Shown here: positions 10,658-19,000 of the stretch, in pieces
How positions within the stretch are numbered: position 1 is the stretch's first letter
How the letters are laid out: every line of letters starts with the position of its first letter
NCBI GenBank assembly: GCA_964427735.1
Contig: CAYRUS010000001.1
Location: 356,747-420,746 of the forward strand
Direction: 5' to 3'
Length of the DNA: 64,000 nucleotides
Source: an uncultured Gammaproteobacteria bacterium
Lineage (GTDB): Bacteria; Patescibacteriota; Microgenomatia; UBA8517
Notes under the pieces: model-generated
Database searches by the model: none
What the model saw: the letters and a program-made list of their open reading frames with translations, nothing else
Told to the model about the DNA's origin: nothing
Program-made: the position numbers and the translations under genes

Positions 10658-10667
10658 AACCACAGAA

Positions 10668-10719
10668 ACCGGCGTACAATCAGTAAAGGGCAGGTCTATT
10701 GTACGCCGGTAGTTTTTTT
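10668..10719 (+). terminator. intrinsic terminator
   Basis: 13-bp stem ACCGGCGTACAAT/ATTGTACGCCGGT followed by a T-run. Confidence 0.7.
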
Positions 10720-10747
10720 ATAAATAACCAATAAAAATAAAAACATC

Positions 10748-10779
10748 AAAGAGGGGTATCAAATGATACCCCTCTTTTT
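10748..10779. terminator. bidirectional intrinsic terminator
   Basis: AAAGAGGGGTATC-aaat-GATACCCCTCTTT between convergent genes. Confidence 0.8.
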
Positions 10780-10796
10780 ATTGATGGTGAAAATAT

Positions 10797-10982
10797 TTAT
10801 AATTTTGAAGCATCATCTTCAATATCATATTCATCCATTTCACCTTCGTCGTCTTCATACTCAAAGACTTCTTCATCCATATCTTGTCTCTGTCCACCTT
10901 TTTCAAAATCATTTTCATCTTCTAAGTCATTGAGTATTTCGTCCAATTCGTCTTCCATTTCGTTTCTCTTGTTTTTTGCCAT
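10797..10982 (-). CDS. small, very acidic hypothetical protein (61 aa)
   Basis: MAKNKRNEMEDELDEIL...; SD GAAGGGGGTGAG upstream and terminator downstream. Confidence 0.7.
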   Translation of the reverse strand: MAKNKRNEMEDELDEILNDLEDENDFEKGGQRQDMDEEVFEYEDDEGEMDEYDIEDDASKL

Positions 10983-11098
10983 TTTTCTCACCCCCTTCAA
11001 ATTAAAATCAATATATTCAATTGAGATAAGTAGGGAGTTACACTCAAGTAAGAGTTAAATAAGAAATCGAGCTTGAAAAACCATCTAAGTTAAGGTAT

Positions 11099-11126
11099 TG
11101 TAATGGCTGTGTAAGACGACTGTAAG
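11099..11126 (+). promoter_or_regulatory. triple TGTAA(G/T) direct repeat with 11-bp period; candidate OmpR/PhoB-family operator
   Basis: TGTAAT-ggctg-TGTAAG-acgac-TGTAAG just upstream of the 11135 ATG. Confidence 0.55.
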
Positions 11127-11134
11127 GAGATATT

Positions 11135-11632
11135 ATGAACATGAATTCAGCCATTTACCAATCAAAGAGCTTTAATCTTCAAACATCTATAAAAGAAGAT
11201 TATACCAAAATGAGAATGAGCCTTTTGACGCCCTTTGTTACTACTAATGCGTTACCAAAAACTATTGAAATATTGAACAAGCATCTTCCAGATGTTTTTA
11301 AGACACGGTGTTTCAACAACAATAATTATACTTTTTATAAAGAAGCAAAAAATACAGAGATTGCTCACCTTTTTGAACACATTCTTCTTGAGTATCTCTA
11401 CCAAGAGAAAAAAAATTCAGGTGAGAGGTCAATAAATGTCACTGGTAAAACACGATGGAATTGGCAAAAAAACAATTATGGAACTTTTGAGATTTATATA
11501 AATGTTGGGAAAAAAGAATTAGACCATTTAAAAAATGCTTTAAAGAAAGCGATCAGACTAATAGAAAAAGTTTTAGCAAGTGCTACTATTAAAGCTTCTA
11601 ATAAATCAAGATTTAGCCCTTCATATATTTAA
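11135..11632 (+). CDS. stand-alone cyanophycin synthetase N-terminal-domain-like protein (putative Zn peptidase)
   Basis: C-x18-HLFEH (RC...AHLFEHILLE) followed by GKTRW, resembling the CphA1 N domain. Confidence 0.6.
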   Translation: MNMNSAIYQSKSFNLQTSIKEDYTKMRMSLLTPFVTTNALPKTIEILNKHLPDVFKTRCFNNNNYTFYKEAKNTEIAHLFEHILLEYLYQEKKNSGERSINVTGKTRWNWQKNNYGTFEIYINVGKKELDHLKNALKKAIRLIEKVLASATIKASNKSRFSPSYI

Positions 11633-11750
11633 ATAAAAATCCTGATTAAAAAATTGTATTGACCAAACTCAACACGACTTGTAACTTTTGTAAGAAAGGC
11701 ATATAATTCAGTATCTACAAATACAGGAATTAATAAGTAGGTATAAACTT

Positions 11751-12425
11751 ATGAATAACTCAATCTTAATAGTTGAAGACGACAAGGGAATAAGAGATTA
11801 TGTCAAAGAGTTATTGCTGGATAAAAATTATTCGGTAAGAGATACTGGCAAAGGGACAAGGGCGCTGGAAATTATAGAAAGAGTCCAACCAGACTTAGTA
11901 CTTCTTGATTTAAAACTACCTGATATTGATGGTGAAACTGTATGTAAACAAATCAAAAAAAACTATCCTGATATTCATGTAATTATCCTAACAGCAAAAG
12001 ATAGTGTCGATGATATTGTCGAAGGATTGGATATAGGTGCAGACGACTATGTAACAAAGCCATTCACAGCAGAAGAATTACTCGCAAGAATCAGAGCAAG
12101 ACTAAGGGACAAAGGAGACGGAGAAACAAAACTCAAAGTAGCTGATTTAGAACTTGATAAAAGAACTCTCCAGGTTACGCGAGGAGGTAAACAAATTAGC
12201 TTAACACCTCAAGAATTTAAATTACTTGAATACTTAATGGGCAATACAAATAAAGTCATGACCAGAGAAATGATTCTTAATCGTATCTGGCTGATGTCTC
12301 CTGATGTAGAGAGTAGAGTTGTAGATGTGTATATTGGATATCTAAGAAAGAAGATTGATAAAGGTCACGAAAAGAAATTGATTCAATCAGTCAGAGGATT
12401 TGGCTACACAATAAAAGAAGAATAA
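11751..12425 (+). CDS. OmpR/PhoB-family response regulator (no adjacent kinase)
   Basis: Receiver EDD/LDLKLP/GADDYVTKPF and winged helix VDVYIGYLRKK, SVRGFGY. Confidence 0.95.
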   Translation: MNNSILIVEDDKGIRDYVKELLLDKNYSVRDTGKGTRALEIIERVQPDLVLLDLKLPDIDGETVCKQIKKNYPDIHVIILTAKDSVDDIVEGLDIGADDYVTKPFTAEELLARIRARLRDKGDGETKLKVADLELDKRTLQVTRGGKQISLTPQEFKLLEYLMGNTNKVMTREMILNRIWLMSPDVESRVVDVYIGYLRKKIDKGHEKKLIQSVRGFGYTIKEE

Positions 12426-12506
12426 TCTTTATTCATAAACCACTCAAATTGCTCTAAATTGTTCATATCCGCCTCAGCGCTAGAGGTTTTAATCAAGACA
12501 ATTAGC

Positions 12507-12532
12507 GGCCCCCGAGTTTTACCTCGGGGGCC
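12507..12532. terminator. GC-rich perfect hairpin between convergent ORFs
   Basis: GGCCCCCGAG-ttttac-CTCGGGGGCC; no clear U-tract. Confidence 0.45.
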
Positions 12533-12565
12533 TAACTAGAATCTGTACATCATAAGCCTTTCCCC

Positions 12566-12850
12566 CTATTCAACGGGCGATGTTAATAATAATATAAATG
12601 AATAAAAAATACTTTGCTTAAATAAACTATCCATATATTCCGATAAATTTTTAAGCAATACTGAAAATTTTTCTTTAAACAACTTACTTTTATCAAGGGT
12701 GACAGTCGAGTAGTTTGAGCCAGAGTTAAACCACACAGAATTTGTGGAGAAAGCAGTAGCAGAAGACATTACAAATAAATTTTTGAATATATCTTTCTCT
12801 TTTTCTGCTTTGAATGGATTGAGCAGCTTCATATTGACTAAAAGATACAT
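12566..12850 (-). CDS. hypothetical protein (94 aa), doubtful
   Basis: ORF follows the 12901-13236 gene; no motif. Confidence 0.4.
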   Translation of the reverse strand: MYLLVNMKLLNPFKAEKEKDIFKNLFVMSSATAFSTNSVWFNSGSNYSTVTLDKSKLFKEKFSVLLKNLSEYMDSLFKQSIFYSFILLLTSPVE

Positions 12851-12900
12851 TTCGAAGTTAAAAATAAATTCAAAGCAAAGTAAGAAGACAGCAAGAACAA

Positions 12901-13236
12901 TTATTTATTCTTTTTTTGGCTTTTAATGTCATTAATTATTTCCTGTACTAAACTTAGTATTTCCATACGGATAAACTCCCTCATGTCTTTTTGTATTTTT
13001 TCACTAAGATAATCCAATAAACCCTCATCATGAGGTGCTTTGTGTAGTTTTACTACGAATTCATGGTGATGTTCCATAGGGAGCTCATGAAATACACAAC
13101 CCAATACTTTGTGGTGCATGATTTCGTCTATGATTTTTTCAAATTCTTCTCTCTCTTCTTTATAGTCGATCACCTTTTTGAGAGCTTTCTCAATTTTGTC
13201 TAATTCAACTAAATTGTCATAAAATACTTTAGCCAT
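12901..13236 (-). CDS. hypothetical helical protein, His-rich
   Basis: 111 aa, starts 2 nt after the upstream gene. Confidence 0.7.
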   Translation of the reverse strand: MAKVFYDNLVELDKIEKALKKVIDYKEEREEFEKIIDEIMHHKVLGCVFHELPMEHHHEFVVKLHKAPHDEGLLDYLSEKIQKDMREFIRMEILSLVQEIINDIKSQKKNK

Positions 13237-13238
13237 GG

Positions 13239-14189
13239 TTAAAAAGATAAAACAAACTTTTTATTATATTCTACAGGACCCAATGGTATTTCGTTATTAG
13301 GATCATCAACAAAAAACACTAAAACCGGGCCTTTCTTGTATCTGGGACCCCCCAAATGATGCATTACCTCTGGACTTCCCCCAAAACTTTTACCAGTCCA
13401 TGCAGCAGGACCTGAGTCGGCAATAGCTGCCACAACTGCCTGACCATTTTTGGTATTTACAATCAATACCTTTCTGTGCTTATACCAATTTTTTAAATAT
13501 GGCTGTCTCGTATTCCAATCTGGTAAATACAATGTTTGCACAACTGCGTACCACTTTTCAATTTCAGCAAGCTCTGGAGTCAATGCTTGTTTGGAAGGTG
13601 CAAAGTAACCCCAGGCTCCTAATCCTGGAGCTATACCTTCTTTTAGAATTATTCCCTCACCATGATCAGCTAAAGAATCTCCAGGATATCTTTTTAAATG
13701 CTGCTCTGCTCCAATAAGTCCATAGGCTGTATTTAAATGTTCGCCTTCAAGACTAGCACGAGCATTGACTCCTGTGGTTTCTCTGATAATTTGTTCTAAA
13801 AATTTTTCTTCATTTCTGCTTAAAGGACGTGTTCTTTCAGGCAAGAATGATGAAAATATTTCTTTTAATACTTCTTGCTTAGAGTCTTCAGTATCCTTTC
13901 CATGAATGTCATCATCCACATCTTCTTTAAAGCGCTCAATCACTTCATCAGGCGAAGGTAACGAATCAGCACTAGCAGGAACAAGAAATAGAGATCCTGC
14001 CAATGCTGATGTACCAACAATTTTCGCGGAATGATCACGAAGTCTACTTATCTCTAGACCCTTGGTTTTTAGTTCCTTTACTACTTTCGGATGCTTTTGA
14101 AGCAAATCTTGTTGTAATTTAAGCTGTTTTAGTTTTAAATTAGTTCTAAGTGCTTCACTAAAATCACTTTTCTGGGCAGAAATAGGCAT
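13239..14189 (-). CDS. hypothetical protein with possible C-terminal RlpA-like double-psi beta-barrel
   Basis: KVLIVNTKNGQAVVAAIADSGP resembles the RlpA VxVxNxxNGxxVxVxIxDRGP pattern. Confidence 0.6.
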   Translation of the reverse strand: MPISAQKSDFSEALRTNLKLKQLKLQQDLLQKHPKVVKELKTKGLEISRLRDHSAKIVGTSALAGSLFLVPASADSLPSPDEVIERFKEDVDDDIHGKDTEDSKQEVLKEIFSSFLPERTRPLSRNEEKFLEQIIRETTGVNARASLEGEHLNTAYGLIGAEQHLKRYPGDSLADHGEGIILKEGIAPGLGAWGYFAPSKQALTPELAEIEKWYAVVQTLYLPDWNTRQPYLKNWYKHRKVLIVNTKNGQAVVAAIADSGPAAWTGKSFGGSPEVMHHLGGPRYKKGPVLVFFVDDPNNEIPLGPVEYNKKFVLSF

Positions 14190-14199
14190 AGTTCAAGTA

Positions 14200-15480
14200 T
14201 TACACATATTGGCTAAGGCGTTCTAGTACTTCATTCTTTTTCATCAAAGCAATTGAGTCATTAAATGGCGGTGTGACTTTTTGAGAAAAAATAGCAATTC
14301 TTAAATCCATAAAAAACTTTCCTGTATGAAATCCGTATGCATCTTTTACTTTTGAAAGTGCATCATCAATATCTGATTTATTCCAGCTTTTAATTTTCTC
14401 GAAAATTTTAACCGCAGCATTTATATGAGTTTTATAATCTTCACTAAACAATTCTTCTGAAGCCCTATCAGGTCTATCGAAAATTGGACCGGCTAATTTT
14501 TTAAAATCTGAAAGTTTATTAATTCTAGGCTTAACTAATGGAGCAGCATTTATAATAAGCTCTGGATCCCATTCATCAGGGATATAGTCTTCTACAATTT
14601 GGGCTAGTTCTTCATTTGACATACTTCTTATATATTGCCCGTTCATCCAATCTAACTTGTTTACATCAAAAATCGGTCCCGATTTACGTACTCTGTCTAA
14701 ACTAAACTCTTCTACAAACTCAGCTAAAGAAAAAATCTCTTTTTCTTGAGGATGTGACCAGCCAAGCAAAGCCAAAAAATTAACTAAAGCTTCTGGTAGA
14801 TATCCTTCTGATTTGTAAATCCTCAAATCCACCGGATCTCTTCTTTTGGAAAGCTTTTTCCTATCTTGGTTTCTTATCGTTGGTAAATGCGCAAACTCGG
14901 GAATATCAGCCCCAAACGCTTTATATAGTGCAATTTGCCTAGGTGTATTTGAAATATGTTCTTCACCTCTTATGACGTGACTAATTTTGTGTTGGATATC
15001 ATCTACTACTGTTGCGAAGTTATAAGTTGGAAAACCATCCGACTTCAAGATAACAAAATCTCCTACTTCATCACCTGGAAAGCTTACTTCGCCTCTAACA
15101 AGATCATTCCATTTTACATCTTCTTTGTTATTCTTGAACCGAAATGCACCATCGTCTTCATAAGCAAGATTGTTATTGATTAATTTTTGTGCCCAATCTT
15201 TATAGATATCCAATTTTTCAGATTGTCTGTATGGCCCAAACTCTCCACCTTTAATAGGATCCTCATCCCAATTAAGCCCAAGCCAGCTTAGCCCTTTGTA
15301 TATTTCTTCTTCAGCACCTTCTACATGTCTTTTTTGATCTGTGTCATCTATTCTGACGATAAAAGTACCATTGTTTTTCCTGGCAAATGCATAATTAAAA
15401 AGAGCCATCCAGCCTGTGCCAATATGAGCAAAACCTGTTGGTGAAGGAGCTACTCTTACGCGTATTTTTGGGGTTTTCAT
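14200..15480 (-). CDS. gltX: glutamate--tRNA ligase
   Basis: RVAPSPTG-FAHIG (HIGH), IRGEEH, KLSKR (KMSKS). Confidence 0.96.
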   Translation of the reverse strand: MKTPKIRVRVAPSPTGFAHIGTGWMALFNYAFARKNNGTFIVRIDDTDQKRHVEGAEEEIYKGLSWLGLNWDEDPIKGGEFGPYRQSEKLDIYKDWAQKLINNNLAYEDDGAFRFKNNKEDVKWNDLVRGEVSFPGDEVGDFVILKSDGFPTYNFATVVDDIQHKISHVIRGEEHISNTPRQIALYKAFGADIPEFAHLPTIRNQDRKKLSKRRDPVDLRIYKSEGYLPEALVNFLALLGWSHPQEKEIFSLAEFVEEFSLDRVRKSGPIFDVNKLDWMNGQYIRSMSNEELAQIVEDYIPDEWDPELIINAAPLVKPRINKLSDFKKLAGPIFDRPDRASEELFSEDYKTHINAAVKIFEKIKSWNKSDIDDALSKVKDAYGFHTGKFFMDLRIAIFSQKVTPPFNDSIALMKKNEVLERLSQYV

Positions 15481-15582
15481 GATATAATTCAAAAGTCAGG
15501 TAAATATAACGTTACTATATTTTATTGATCAGTTTCATTGAATTTTAACACTTGGAGCAGATATACTCAAAGTAAGCAAATT

Positions 15583-16626
15583 ATGACTTCACTAACAAGA
15601 ACAGCAATAACTGCCCGAAAAATAATCCGCTATGGATTATATGGATTTGTACTTTTACTTATCATGCGTTCTGTTATAAAAACAGGCCTCAGAATTTACA
15701 GAACTGCTTTTCCTCCACCCCCACCACCGCCTACAGTTGAATTTGGAATACTAACCCCAATTCCATTACCTGCTCAGGCAGAACGTGATGGAATAACATA
15801 CAAGCTGGAGACACCAACCGGAGAGCTTCCAACTCTACCGGAGCAGATGAAAGTTTATTTTATGCCACAAAAAGCTACAACATTATTTTCATTAGACGAG
15901 GCAAAAACGGATGCAACTACTCTCGGATTTAGCGGTAAGCAAGAACAACTCAATTCAACTGTGTATCGATTTTACCGTCCTGAAATTCCTGCCTACATGG
16001 AAATGGATATCATAAATAAAGTATTTTCTTTAAGCTATGACTTAGCGGCTGACCCTTCACCACTAGAAAATAATCCTCCTGCTACAGAAACAGCAAAAGC
16101 ATATGTGAAGAACTTCTTGTCCAGTGCAAACTTATCTCATCCTGATTTAGAGGGTCCTGTCACTTTTGAATATTTAAAAGTCCAGCAACAAAGATTTGTT
16201 GAGGTTGTTTCACTCTCAGAGGCAGATCTTGTTAAAGTCAATCTTTATAGACAAGCAATAGATGACTATCCAAGTTTAACTCCAAAAGGTGATGAAGCAA
16301 ACGTCTGGTTTATTGTTTCGGGTTCTAACAAACGAGAAAGCCAAGTCATCGCAGGTCAATATCACTACTTCCCAATTGATCTAGAAAAATCTTCCACCTA
16401 TCCAATCAAATCAGCTGAAGTAGCCTGGCAAGAGCTCCAAGCAGGAGGAGGTTATATTCATAGAATACCCGATTCCAAAAATGTCGTGATTAGAAGAGTT
16501 TATCTTGCATATATGGACCCCGGTGTTCCTAGTGAATTTTATCAACCTGTGATTGTATTTGAAGGAGATAATGATTTTGTTGCCTATGTTCCTGCAGTCA
16601 GCCAAGATTATTACGGTGTAAATTAG
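15583..16626 (+). CDS. hypothetical membrane-anchored protein
   Basis: N-terminal TM, poly-Pro linker, soluble domain; start placed at MTSLTRT. Confidence 0.75.
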   Translation: MTSLTRTAITARKIIRYGLYGFVLLLIMRSVIKTGLRIYRTAFPPPPPPPTVEFGILTPIPLPAQAERDGITYKLETPTGELPTLPEQMKVYFMPQKATTLFSLDEAKTDATTLGFSGKQEQLNSTVYRFYRPEIPAYMEMDIINKVFSLSYDLAADPSPLENNPPATETAKAYVKNFLSSANLSHPDLEGPVTFEYLKVQQQRFVEVVSLSEADLVKVNLYRQAIDDYPSLTPKGDEANVWFIVSGSNKRESQVIAGQYHYFPIDLEKSSTYPIKSAEVAWQELQAGGGYIHRIPDSKNVVIRRVYLAYMDPGVPSEFYQPVIVFEGDNDFVAYVPAVSQDYYGVN

Positions 16627-17540
16627 TTATTAGTTAGATAATTCACAGACTCCCAATTATAACTATCATAAATCCACTCAACTATTTCCTTTGTTTCGCC
16701 AAACCTATCCTGACTTGCTAGTAATGCAACCATAACTTTCCTGCCATCTCTATCCACATAAGTCACTAGGTTTTCGCGAGCATTTTCAGTCCACCCTGTT
16801 TTAACACCTAACACGCCTTCCGTTGATCCTAAAAGTTCATTAGTTGTATGTAATAAATGTGTTTTTGTTCCATCCTGGCTTCTTACTAACTTTTGCTCTG
16901 TCCCTACAATTTTTGCAAAGTCCTTGTTTTGCATTGCTACTTCAGCTGCTCTGATTAAATCTCTTGCGGTTGTTAACTGTTCCTTGGCATCAAAACCAGC
17001 GGGATTATTAAAACTTGTTTTTTCTAAATTTAGCTGCTTTGCTTTTAAGTTCATTGCCATAACAAAACTTTGTCTACCTCCAGGATAATTAGCAGCAATA
17101 ACCTCAGCAGCATCATTTGCACTTAAAACCAATAGTCCATACAGCAGATCTTCAAAGGTGAGTGATTCGTCCTTTACTAAACCCATCTTCCTTCCATCTA
17201 CATTAATATCTCCTACAACAAGAATGTCATCCATTTTAAAGTGATCCATTGCAGTTAATGCGGTGACTATTTTTGTTGTTGATGCAGGCAACAAAAGAGC
17301 ATCTGGATTTTTTTCGTATAAAACAACACCAGAATCAAGATCAACCGCAAATACAGACTGAGCAGAAACAACAGGATAGCTTGATACTTCTTTTAATTTA
17401 GGAATAGGAGATAAAGATTTTTGCCCATTAAATGTAGATACTTTTTGAACAACCACATTTTTTACTTTATTTGGTGTCAATGACAAAGCAGTAGAAAGAA
17501 CAAGCAATAAAACAAGACAGGTAAAGTATGTAAATCGCAT
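16623..17540 (-). CDS. D-alanyl-D-alanine carboxypeptidase (peptidase S11)
   Basis: PASTTK (SxxK), SAND (SxN), KTG; signal peptide. Confidence 0.92.
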   Translation of the reverse strand: MRFTYFTCLVLLLVLSTALSLTPNKVKNVVVQKVSTFNGQKSLSPIPKLKEVSSYPVVSAQSVFAVDLDSGVVLYEKNPDALLLPASTTKIVTALTAMDHFKMDDILVVGDINVDGRKMGLVKDESLTFEDLLYGLLVLSANDAAEVIAANYPGGRQSFVMAMNLKAKQLNLEKTSFNNPAGFDAKEQLTTARDLIRAAEVAMQNKDFAKIVGTEQKLVRSQDGTKTHLLHTTNELLGSTEGVLGVKTGWTENARENLVTYVDRDGRKVMVALLASQDRFGETKEIVEWIYDSYNWESVNYLTNN

Positions 17541-17546
17541 TGAAAG

Positions 17547-18947
17547 TTATTTCTTTTTATCAGTTTTAATATATATCCCTAATTCTTTAAGTTGTTCCTC
17601 ACTAGCCTCGCTTGGTGCGTCAATTACAGCTGTTTGCCCTGAAGCAGCAGTTGGGAAAGCAATAACCTCTCTTACAGACTGTTCTCCTAAAAGTGCCATG
17701 AGGAATCGGTCAATTCCAGGTGCAATACCACCGTGTGGAGGAACTCCATACTTGAATGCTGTAAGCATGTGATCAAATTGCATTTTTTGTTCCTTTGAAA
17801 AACCAATCAGCTCAAAAACTTTCCTTTGAACTTTAGGGTCGTGAATCCTTATACTTCCCCCACCAACTTCAAAACCATTAAGAACCATATCGTGTTGCAA
17901 CCCTCTTACCTTTAAAGGGTCTTTATCTAATAACTCAATATCATCAGCGTGTGGAGCAGTGAACATATGATGACTTGGAGCAAATTTTGCAGAACCGGAG
18001 CCATGGAAAAAATCATCTTCTTTCTGTTCATTAAACAAAGGAAAATCTATTGTCCAAGAGAAGGCGAGTTCATTTGGATCACTTTTGTCTTCTCTTAAAT
18101 CTGGTTTATCAGTACCATACTTTTCTATTGCCTCTTTGTGAGGTATTCTTGGCCAAGGTGTTTGAGAAATTCTTTTATCTGGAAACACTTCGCTTACTAA
18201 ATCTGTAAATAATCTTTCTGTGAGTTTGATAATATCCTCTTGTTGGACAAAAGACATTTCCATATCAAGCTGTGTAAATTCTCCGTATGCTCGGTCTGCT
18301 CTTGGATCCTCATCTCTAAAACATCTTGCTAACTGAAAATACCTTTCTACTCCAGCAACCATCAAAAGCTGCTTATATTGCTGTGGACTTTGAGGCAAAG
18401 CATAAAATTTACCGGGTTGAAGTCTTGATGGAACAAGAAAATCTCGTGCTCCCTCTGGTGTCGTTTTGGTAAGTATAGGCGTTTCTATTTCTACAAAGTC
18501 ATGATTTTGAAGCCAATTCCTTATAAATTGTATCGTCTCAAATCTCTTCCTCATGTTTCTTGTCATTCTTGGTCTACGAATATCTAGGTATCTATATTTG
18601 AGCCTTATAGATTCATCAATATCTAGACCATCAGTATCAATTGGAAGTGGTAGCTCTTCTGATTCAGTAATTACATTGAGCTCACTAATTTGAATTTCCA
18701 CCTCTCCAGTAGGTAAATCAGGATTTACTAAGTGTTCTGGTCTTTTTACTACTTCTCCTTTAATTTCTACTACACTTTCCACAGATAACTTAGGAAGATT
18801 CTGACCAACACATTGGACTTTTCCGGTTCGATCTCTTAAATCAATAAATGTGATTTTTCCATGATCCCGTATTGTATCAACCCAACCTTTTAGAAGCACT
18901 TTTTGGTTAACTTTTTCAGGAGTTTCATTAATTAAAGTTCTTTCCAT
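17547..18947 (-). CDS. aspS: aspartate--tRNA ligase, short bacterial type
   Basis: FIDLRDRTG OB fold, GARDFLVPSR, LPQSPQ, CFRDED, PPHGGIAPGIDR. Confidence 0.96.
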   Translation of the reverse strand: MERTLINETPEKVNQKVLLKGWVDTIRDHGKITFIDLRDRTGKVQCVGQNLPKLSVESVVEIKGEVVKRPEHLVNPDLPTGEVEIQISELNVITESEELPLPIDTDGLDIDESIRLKYRYLDIRRPRMTRNMRKRFETIQFIRNWLQNHDFVEIETPILTKTTPEGARDFLVPSRLQPGKFYALPQSPQQYKQLLMVAGVERYFQLARCFRDEDPRADRAYGEFTQLDMEMSFVQQEDIIKLTERLFTDLVSEVFPDKRISQTPWPRIPHKEAIEKYGTDKPDLREDKSDPNELAFSWTIDFPLFNEQKEDDFFHGSGSAKFAPSHHMFTAPHADDIELLDKDPLKVRGLQHDMVLNGFEVGGGSIRIHDPKVQRKVFELIGFSKEQKMQFDHMLTAFKYGVPPHGGIAPGIDRFLMALLGEQSVREVIAFPTAASGQTAVIDAPSEASEEQLKELGIYIKTDKKK

Positions 18948-19000
18948 CCTTGATATTTTAACGCCAAGAGCAAAAATACTCAATAACTAGCCCTAATCTG

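Noticed and set aside
12466-12565. tmRNA, SRP or 6S RNA in the hairpin-rich spacer
   Set aside because: No tRNA-like ends, SRP loop motif or long rod with central bubble; kept only as a hairpin.
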